Below, in pieces: positions 56,970 to 64,000 of a stretch of 64,000 bases of DNA; position 1 is the first letter of the stretch; every line of letters starts with the position of its first letter. A model generated the notes under the pieces. That model did not search any database. It was given only the letters and a program-made list of their open reading frames with translations, and was not told the DNA's origin. Source of the DNA: Vicinamibacterales bacterium (GTDB lineage: Bacteria > Acidobacteriota > Vicinamibacteria > Vicinamibacterales > UBA2999). The translations under genes and the position numbers were made by a program. The stretch lies in the NCBI GenBank assembly GCA_050247255.1, contig JBFWUM010000001.1, forward strand, positions 30,653-94,652, written 5' to 3'.

Positions 56970-58702
56970 GCGGTCTCGGCGGCGTGCTCTACCTGGACGC
57001 CGGGCCTGCCACCGCAGGCGACGTGTCTCCGCTGCTGGCGGCGCAGGCGCATCGCGGCCCGGACGGTACGGCACTCGCCGTTGCCGGCAGCGTGGCCCTT
57101 GGTGTTGCGCGGCTGCGCACGATGCCGGACCACCTCGACATCGTCGAAACTGCCGATGGCCTGGTCGCGGCGATGGATGGTTGCGTTGACGATCGGCGCG
57201 CGTTGGCGGAAACGCTGAACGTCGGCGGTGCACCCTCAGGACTGGAGCTGATCCTCGAGGGGTACCGGCGCTGGGGCATCGGCGTCGTTGACAGGCTCGT
57301 CGGCGAGTGTGCCGTCGTCCTCTGGGATGCGCGTCTCCGGCGTCTCGTGTTGTTCAGAGACGTGATTGGCATGCGGCCGCTCTGTTACCGCGTTGCCGGT
57401 TCGCGGCTGCTCATCGCTTCGGAGCCGCAGGCGCTGGCGCGGACCCTGCCCACCAGCGTGAATGAGGGTTACCTCGCCGAGCATCTGGCGGACGATGTGG
57501 CGAGCCGAGACGAGACTCTCTTCAGGGATGTCTACCGCGTGCCGCCCGGCGATGTCGTTCTCCACGAGCGCGGGCGCCTGCGGCGCTCGCGCTACTGGCA
57601 CCCGGCAGCAAAGACGATCCGCTATCGCCGGCCGGACGACTACCTCGAACACTTCCGGGAGTTGTTCGGCCACGCCGTCGAGGATCGATTGCCGGCCACT
57701 GGCGCGGCGCTGACGCTCAGCGGCGGCATCGATTCGTCAATCGTCGCCGCCGAGGTCGCGGCGATGCGCGCGGACGGACACGCGGGCGCGGCCGCGACAG
57801 CGGCGCTGACGCTGTCGCACCCGGGGCGGCCTGAAGACGAAACCGGCCGTGCCGCCGAGACGGCAGCTCGACTCGAGATGCCCTGGAGGTCGGCGGCGGC
57901 GCTGGTTCCCGGGGAAGAGTATTTCGCGGAGGCTGCCCGCCGCGCGGCGGATCTGCCGGAACCACCCACCGCGGCGAGCGCGCGTCCCCTGCGCGACGCC
58001 GTGCGCGCTTCCGGTCACCGGGTGGTGTTGACCGGGTACGGCGGCGACGAATGGTTCTCGGCACATCAGGAGCCGCGGCATCTGCGGGCCTGGCACCGCG
58101 CGCCCGCATGGAGCCGCCGAGCGATCCGCCGCCTGCTCGGTCGTTCGAAGGTCCCGGCGTGGATTGATCGGGGCTTTGCCGCCAGGGTGGACCTGGCCCG
58201 CCGGCTCGGGCACTGGGAGCCAGAGGTGCGGCTGCCGACTGGGGCAGCGACGCGGCTGTTCCATGGCGCGATGCACGGGGAACTGCTCTGGCGGCGCGAA
58301 TTGGCCGAACGGCTTGCCGCCTGGGCAGGCTTTGAAGAGCGGTCACCGCTCTTCGATCGCCGCGTGGTCGAGTTCGCGTGCGCCCTGCCAAACGACGTGC
58401 GCGCGCGTGACGGGGTCAACAAGTGGATCCTGCGACGCGCCTACCGGGCCGTGTTGCCGCCGTGGGCGGCGAATCCGCCCGCCGCAGCAGGTTTCAACTG
58501 GATTGTCGCTGATTGCCTGCAGCGGTTCGGTGGGATTGACCGGGTGGAACGGTCCGCGGCGGCGCGCAATGGCTGGCTGGACAGCGCGGCCCTGCGGCAG
58601 TTGCATCACGATCTCGAAGCCGGGAACCCGGGGAGCGTCCTGCCGCTCTGGAACGCGCTTGCCGTCTCATACTTTCTCGACAGCGTCTCCCTCCCGCGTT
58701 GA
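56966..58702 (+). CDS. Lasso cyclase, AsnB-like (copy 2)
   Basis: Same as 12086-13822. Confidence 0.88.
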   Translation: MSGLGGVLYLDAGPATAGDVSPLLAAQAHRGPDGTALAVAGSVALGVARLRTMPDHLDIVETADGLVAAMDGCVDDRRALAETLNVGGAPSGLELILEGYRRWGIGVVDRLVGECAVVLWDARLRRLVLFRDVIGMRPLCYRVAGSRLLIASEPQALARTLPTSVNEGYLAEHLADDVASRDETLFRDVYRVPPGDVVLHERGRLRRSRYWHPAAKTIRYRRPDDYLEHFRELFGHAVEDRLPATGAALTLSGGIDSSIVAAEVAAMRADGHAGAAATAALTLSHPGRPEDETGRAAETAARLEMPWRSAAALVPGEEYFAEAARRAADLPEPPTAASARPLRDAVRASGHRVVLTGYGGDEWFSAHQEPRHLRAWHRAPAWSRRAIRRLLGRSKVPAWIDRGFAARVDLARRLGHWEPEVRLPTGAATRLFHGAMHGELLWRRELAERLAAWAGFEERSPLFDRRVVEFACALPNDVRARDGVNKWILRRAYRAVLPPWAANPPAAAGFNWIVADCLQRFGGIDRVERSAAARNGWLDSAALRQLHHDLEAGNPGSVLPLWNALAVSYFLDSVSLPR

Positions 58703-58741
58703 AATGCCCCCATCGGGCGGGTACCATAGCGCCGAGGCCAT

Positions 58742-58894
58742 ATGACCACACCCCATGAACCCAAGCGCACCGGCCAGGAGAAGCGCCCTTACCATCGGCC
58801 GAAGCTGACCGAGTACGGGTCGGTCGCCAAGCTGACCAGGACCGGGGCCGGCACCATCCTCGAAGGGTCGTCGCCGAACAAGATGATGATGTAG
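58742..58894 (+). CDS. Lasso peptide precursor (copy 2)
   Basis: Same as 13862-14014. Confidence 0.92.
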   Translation: MTTPHEPKRTGQEKRPYHRPKLTEYGSVAKLTRTGAGTILEGSSPNKMMM

Positions 58895-58902
58895 CCTGCG
58901 CC

Positions 58903-60036
58903 GTGTCGTTGGTACTCGAAGAGCATCGGCGCTACCTCGCCGATTCGGTCCGGCTCGACGCGTTCAGCCGGGCGATCAGCGCCGTCGTTCGACCCGGCGA
59001 TCGAGTCCTCGACCTGGCCAGCGGCAGCGGCATTCTCGGCTTCCTCGCCTGCCGCGCCGGCGCGGCCCGTGTGTACGCCATCGACAACAGTCCGGCCATC
59101 CAGCTTGGCCGCGACCTGGCCAGCGCCAACGGCCTCGGCGATCGCATCACCTTCCTCCGCGAGTTTTCCACGCGCGCGATCCTTCCCGAGCCTGCCGACG
59201 TGCTCGTGTTCGACCAGCTCGGCCCCATGGGGTACGAGGCCGGCGTGTTCGAGTTCGGACGTGATGCGAGGCAGCGGCTCCTGGCACCAGGCGCACGCAT
59301 CATTCCCTCCGCCGTCGATCTCTCGTTCGCCGCGGTCGAGAGCTCGGTCCTCCGACAGCAGGTCGCCTTCTGGAGTGAACCGGGCCGGGATTTCGACCTG
59401 TCCAGCATCGGGCCCCTGGCCGCGAACACGGTGTACACGTCGGAGGGCGGGGATCTGCGCCGGTTGAGCGACGCCGGCGTGGCAGCCTCGCTCGACATCG
59501 GCGGCGATGCCACGCACATCCAGGCGGCCTTGACACTGTCGCTTCGTGAACCCGGGCGGCTCGACGCCCTCTGTGGATGGTTCACCGCCCACCTCGCCCC
59601 GGGTGTCACCATGACCAACGCTCCCGACGCGGCGGCGCGCATCGATCGTCGCGTGGGGCTGCTGCCGATCGAGCCCGCCGTGCCGGTGCGGCCTGGAGAC
59701 CAACTCACGATCACGCTGTTGATCAGGCCCGCCGACGAGCAGATTGCGTGGAGTGGTGAGGTTCGCCGCGATGGACAGGCGGTCGCGACGTTCCGTCACA
59801 GTTCCTTCCAGGGCGAGATCATTCCTGACGAGGCGCGGCAGGCGGCGGATCCGGCCACGCGGCCGCGGCTGTCGGCCCTCGGCGAAGCGCACCGCACCGT
59901 CCTGCAGATGTGCGACGGCACCGTGCCGGTTGCCGACATCGAGCGCGCCATTCTCGAGCGGCACGCGTCGGCACTGGGGAGTCCTGCCGCCGCCGCGGCG
60001 TTCGTCCACGAGGCGATCAACGCCAACTGCCGCTAA
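58903..60036 (+). CDS. PRMT-like methyltransferase (copy 2)
   Basis: Same as 14023-15156. Confidence 0.85.
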   Translation: MSLVLEEHRRYLADSVRLDAFSRAISAVVRPGDRVLDLASGSGILGFLACRAGAARVYAIDNSPAIQLGRDLASANGLGDRITFLREFSTRAILPEPADVLVFDQLGPMGYEAGVFEFGRDARQRLLAPGARIIPSAVDLSFAAVESSVLRQQVAFWSEPGRDFDLSSIGPLAANTVYTSEGGDLRRLSDAGVAASLDIGGDATHIQAALTLSLREPGRLDALCGWFTAHLAPGVTMTNAPDAAARIDRRVGLLPIEPAVPVRPGDQLTITLLIRPADEQIAWSGEVRRDGQAVATFRHSSFQGEIIPDEARQAADPATRPRLSALGEAHRTVLQMCDGTVPVADIERAILERHASALGSPAAAAAFVHEAINANCR

Positions 60037-60040
60037 CGAG

Positions 60041-60967
60041 ATGCACTGTTACCGCGTCGGTGACCTGACGGTCGCGTCAGCGTCCGCCGTGGCCGGATTG
60101 CACGAGATCGAGACGGCTTCCACCCTGTGGCGCTTCGTCATCCGGCGCGGCGACCCGCCGCGGGTGCGCCGTGCGTATCACCGCGCCGACAGCCCCGGGT
60201 ATACGCACCGGTGGCGCACGCTGGGCCGCCTCGGCTTCGGGCACATCATCCACTTTCACCGCGCCGCCACCTTCGTGCTCGACGTGGCCGGTCAGCAGAT
60301 CACGGCCTTCCAACGCCGCGGCCAGTCGCGCGAGGAGATCCAGCAGTTGCTGGTGGCGCAAGTGCTGCCGCTCGTCCTCGGCCTGGGAGGACGCGTGGTG
60401 TTGCATGCCAGCGCGGCGGTGTCGGCGCGCGGGGCGCTCGCGTTTGTCGGCGCGCCGCGTCAGGGAAAGTCGTCGATTGCGCTGGCGCTCGCCGCGCGCG
60501 GCTATGCCGTGGCGGCGGATGATTGCCTGGTGATCGATCCGCGCCGCGGCTGCCGCATCGTGCCAGTGGATGTGGGCGTCCGCTTGTGGCCGGACGCCGC
60601 GCTCCGACACGGGGCGACATCGTCCGGACAGCGTGCCGGGTTTGCAGCGCATGCCCGTGGTAAGCGGCGTGTGCCGCTGGCCGACCTTGGCATACGCGGC
60701 GTCGCGCGCCGGCCTGTCCTGCGTCGGCTGTACCTGCTCAATCCCGGCGGCCGCCGGGTCTCGTCGGCGCCCGTGGCGCCGAGGGAAGCGGTCATTCGAT
60801 TGCTCGAGGCGAGCTTCCAGCTGGATCATGACGCCGCAGACGCCATGCGGCAGGCCTTCGAGAACCTGACACGGGTCGTTGAGGCCGTCGAGGTGCGGCG
60901 GCTCTCGTATCCGCGATCACCAACCTGCCTGCCCGAGATCGTGCGCACGCTCGAAGCCGACGGATAG
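60041..60967 (+). CDS. HPr kinase-like protein (copy 2)
   Basis: Same as 15161-16087. Confidence 0.82.
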   Translation: MHCYRVGDLTVASASAVAGLHEIETASTLWRFVIRRGDPPRVRRAYHRADSPGYTHRWRTLGRLGFGHIIHFHRAATFVLDVAGQQITAFQRRGQSREEIQQLLVAQVLPLVLGLGGRVVLHASAAVSARGALAFVGAPRQGKSSIALALAARGYAVAADDCLVIDPRRGCRIVPVDVGVRLWPDAALRHGATSSGQRAGFAAHARGKRRVPLADLGIRGVARRPVLRRLYLLNPGGRRVSSAPVAPREAVIRLLEASFQLDHDAADAMRQAFENLTRVVEAVEVRRLSYPRSPTCLPEIVRTLEADG

Positions 60968-60990
60968 AAGACAGGCGCCTCGTACGCAAT

Positions 60991-61019
60991 AAAGGGCTCC
61001 GGAACCTCCGGAGCCCTTT
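60991..61019. terminator. Bidirectional intrinsic terminator (copy 2)
   Basis: Same as 16111-16139. Confidence 0.85.
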
Positions 61020-61041
61020 GTGTGTACGAACCGCCTGGCGG

Positions 61042-64000
61042 CTACGGAATGAGCGTCAGTCGGCCGCTGCTGTTCATCGTTAAGCGGTCAGCGAGCACCG
61101 TGCCCAGGAGCTGCGCGCCGCCGTTGATCGTCACGGTCCTCGTCGGCACGAACACCGATCCATACAGGCTCATGCTGTTGTTGAGCTTGAGGTTGCCGTT
61201 CGTGACGCGCAGCGTCACCCAGTCGGGCCGTGCCGCCGCGCCGATGTTCCCGGTCGGAGCCATCTGGTTGCGCACGGTGATGATGACCGGCCCGACGACC
61301 TGGATCTGGCTGCCGGCGTTGAGCGTCAGCGTCTGGAAGTTGTAGACCGCCGGCTCGGTCGCGCCGGCGACACCGAGGATGAAGACGCTCCCGGAGTTGG
61401 CGATGAACGTCCGGTAGGTCCCCGGGGGTACCGCCACCTGGCGTCCGCTCTGGTTGATGGTCAGGTCACGCAGCGTCGCGAAATTACCCGGCGTCTGGCT
61501 GTTGTTGTTCAGCTGTACGTTCCGGGTGCCGCCATAGTTGGTCGGCGGGTTCGCAATCGTCGGCCAGGTTTCCGGATCCGTCCGGCGGACGACGTGGCCG
61601 ACCGTGGCGCCGCTGTTGATCGTCACGCGGTGGTTGGTCGGCGTGGCCGCGCCGCTGCCGTTGATCGTCCCCTGGTAGTTCGGCGTGCCGTTGATGGTAA
61701 TCGCCGGCATGCCGCGCATCAGCAGGTCGCCGGTCAGCGTCGCGTTGCCGTTGAACTGGATGTTCACGGCATTCATGATGTGGACCGTCCCGTCGACGAT
61801 GCTGCTGGAGTTGAAATAGGTCTCGCGGCGAATCTTCGCGCCGGCCGCAGGTGTCGCCGTCACCTCGATCGTCACCGTCGCCGCGGCGCTTGCCGCGGTG
61901 CCCCGCAGCGCCCGGTAGGTGAACGTGTCCGTTCCGGTGAAGCCGTCTTCAGGCGTGTAGGTGAACGCGCCGTTGGCCTGCAGCGTGAGCGTCCCGTTCG
62001 CGGGTGTCGTGACGACCTCGGCCGTCAACGAGCCCTCGCCGGGGTTCTCGTCGTTGCTGAGCACGCCTGGCGCCGGCGTGGTGAGCGCCGTGTTGATCCG
62101 CGTTTCGTAGGCATCAGCCACCGCGGTCGGCGCCCCGGCCGTGACCGTGATCGTGACGGTCGTGCTGGCGCTCTCGGCCTCATCCTCGTCGACTGCGCGG
62201 TAGGCGAAGGTCGCCGTTCCCACGAAGCCATTGGCCGGCGTGTAGGTAAACGAGCCGTCCGGGTTGAGCGACACCGTCCCGCTCGAGGCAGGCTGCGCCA
62301 GTTCGGCCGTCAGCATGCCGCCATCGGGATCGGAATCGTTGTCGAGCACCCCTTCGCCGCTGACGGTGAGGGTCGTGTTGCCCTCGACCGTGTAGGTGTC
62401 GGCGGTGGCCGTCGGCGCGCGATTGACCCGGATGCTGACGGTGGCCGTGTTGCTGGTCTGCGAGCCACGGGTGATGCGATAGGTGAACGTCGTCGTCCCG
62501 CCGAAGTTCGCGGGCGGCGTGTAGGCAAACGCCCCGTTGGTCTGGAGGACCACGCTGCCGTTGCCCGGGTTCGAGACAATGGCGACCGTCACCTGCCCCT
62601 GGCCTTCCGGCACCTCGTCATTGCCCAGGACGCCAGGCGTCTGCACGTTGAGCACGGTCCCGGCGCTGGCGACGTACTGGTCGTCGACGGCGGTCAGCGG
62701 CGCCGCCACCGTGATCGTCACCGTCACCGGCTCGCTCTCGCCCTCGTTCTCGTCGCGGGCGCGGTAGGTAAAGGTCACCGAGCCGCTGAAGCCGGTGGCC
62801 GCGACGTAGCTGAAGGAGCCGTCCGGGTTCAACGTCAGCGTCCCGTTGGCCGGGCCGCTGACCAGGACCGCCGTCAGGTCGTCGTCGTCGCCGTCAGAAT
62901 CGTTGTCGAGCACGCCCGGCGCCGGCACCTCCAGCGTGTCGCCGGCGGTGGCTTCGTACGAGTCAGGCGCGCCGGTTGGAACCTGGTTCGGCGCGGTGAT
63001 GGTCCAGGTGAAGCTCGCGGACCCCGATGCGCCCATCGTGTCGTTCACGGTCACCGTCACCGAGTGCGTCCCGACGCCGCTCGCCGCCGGCGTGCCGCTG
63101 ATGATGCCGGTGCTGCCGGCGATGGCGAGCCCGGGGGGGAGGCCGGTGGCACTGAACGTGAGCGCCTGCTCGTCGGGATCGCTGGCGGCGATCTGGAGCT
63201 GGACCTCGGTGCCGGCGACCGTCGTCTGGTTCGTCGCCGAGACCGACGGCGGCTGGTTGGTCGGTCCGCCGTTGCACGCGTTCAGCAGCGGACCGTTGGC
63301 CACCGTCGAGTCCCACCGGCAGACGCTGTCAACCGCGCCGCCGTTTCCCTGGTCGTGCGGCACCCCGACGAACACGCGTCCGGTGCAGCTGCCGCCGTTC
63401 TCGTCCGTGGCTTCGAAGCCGATCTCGTAAACGCGGCCGTTCTGGCCCCCCTGGCGCTCGCGGCGCACTCTCGCCTCGTCGTCGCCGACGCCCCAGCCGT
63501 CGATGGCGAACGCGCCGTCACCCAGGGTGTCGGTCGGCTCGTCCTGCCAGATGTACTTCACCACCACGTCGAGGTCATCGCCATCGCCGTCGGGATCGGT
63601 GATCCCTTCGATCTCGATTTCGTCGGTGCGGCGATGGTTCGGCGGCCAGAGCGTCGACGGCGAGGCCGTTGCCGCGGAGCAAATCGGCGGGGCGTTCTGC
63701 GACAGGACCGTGATCGTGACCGTCGCCGTGGCGGCGAGCCCGTCGCCGTCGATCGCATCGTAGGTGAAGGTGACCGGGCCGGTGTAGCCGAGCGTGCTCT
63801 CGTAGGTGAAGCCGCCGTCGGCCAGCAGCATCAGCGTTCCGCGTGACGGGCTGGTCACGCGCGCAGCGGTCAGCACGGCGTCGTCGACATCCGTGTCATT
63901 GGTCAGCACGCCGGGAGCGGGGACGACGAGCGTCTGTCCTTCCACCACCGTGTAGCTGTCGTTGACCGCCGTCGGCGCGTCGTTGACCGACGTCACCGTG
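61042..64000 (-). CDS. Giant adhesin, C-terminal part (copy 2, runs off window)
   Basis: Same as 16162-19120. Confidence 0.9.
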   Translation of the reverse strand, partial: TVTSVNDAPTAVNDSYTVVEGQTLVVPAPGVLTNDTDVDDAVLTAARVTSPSRGTLMLLADGGFTYESTLGYTGPVTFTYDAIDGDGLAATATVTITVLSQNAPPICSAATASPSTLWPPNHRRTDEIEIEGITDPDGDGDDLDVVVKYIWQDEPTDTLGDGAFAIDGWGVGDDEARVRRERQGGQNGRVYEIGFEATDENGGSCTGRVFVGVPHDQGNGGAVDSVCRWDSTVANGPLLNACNGGPTNQPPSVSATNQTTVAGTEVQLQIAASDPDEQALTFSATGLPPGLAIAGSTGIISGTPAASGVGTHSVTVTVNDTMGASGSASFTWTITAPNQVPTGAPDSYEATAGDTLEVPAPGVLDNDSDGDDDDLTAVLVSGPANGTLTLNPDGSFSYVAATGFSGSVTFTYRARDENEGESEPVTVTITVAAPLTAVDDQYVASAGTVLNVQTPGVLGNDEVPEGQGQVTVAIVSNPGNGSVVLQTNGAFAYTPPANFGGTTTFTYRITRGSQTSNTATVSIRVNRAPTATADTYTVEGNTTLTVSGEGVLDNDSDPDGGMLTAELAQPASSGTVSLNPDGSFTYTPANGFVGTATFAYRAVDEDEAESASTTVTITVTAGAPTAVADAYETRINTALTTPAPGVLSNDENPGEGSLTAEVVTTPANGTLTLQANGAFTYTPEDGFTGTDTFTYRALRGTAASAAATVTIEVTATPAAGAKIRRETYFNSSSIVDGTVHIMNAVNIQFNGNATLTGDLLMRGMPAITINGTPNYQGTINGSGAATPTNHRVTINSGATVGHVVRRTDPETWPTIANPPTNYGGTRNVQLNNNSQTPGNFATLRDLTINQSGRQVAVPPGTYRTFIANSGSVFILGVAGATEPAVYNFQTLTLNAGSQIQVVGPVIITVRNQMAPTGNIGAAARPDWVTLRVTNGNLKLNNSMSLYGSVFVPTRTVTINGGAQLLGTVLADRLTMNSSGRLTLIP

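Larger units (their letters stand above)
44881..64000. repeat. Copy 2 of long direct repeat (identical to 1-19120 wherever compared)
   Basis: Offset 44,880; identical ORF set. Confidence 0.98.

Overview
High-GC bacterial DNA. Gene style (PD40 propeller protein, SppA, polysaccharide barrel) tentatively suggests Acidobacteriota such as Vicinamibacteria; this is inference only. The window has a 44,880-bp period: 1-19120 recurs at 44881-64000 with identical ORF translations. The unit boundary is at ~36822, where two divergent genes both lack their 5' ends, so the repeat is either a tandem amplification or an assembly/circularisation artefact. The unit holds (i) a large surface-polysaccharide locus: OM barrel, Wza, Wzm/Wzt, GT4s, deacetylase, a frameshifted AsnB-like gene, a Wzy-like protein, a carbamoyltransferase, a priming transferase, and separately Wzc plus an O-antigen ligase-like gene; (ii) directly downstream, a lasso-peptide RiPP cluster: FAD reductase, PqqD/RRE, AsnB-like cyclase, a 50-aa precursor missed by the ORF track (13862-14014; leader YHRPKLTEYGSVAKLT, predicted core TGAGTILEGSSPNKMMM), a PRMT-like methyltransferase with a PqqD-like tail and an HPr-kinase-like protein, with a nucleotidyltransferase and a 2OG-Fe(II) oxygenase nearby and no visible B2 peptidase; (iii) a 2386-aa Ig-repeat adhesin; and (iv) housekeeping genes (rlmD-like, FKBP, sppA, truncated PpiD/SurA-like). 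No rRNA, tRNA, CRISPR or transposase was recognised.
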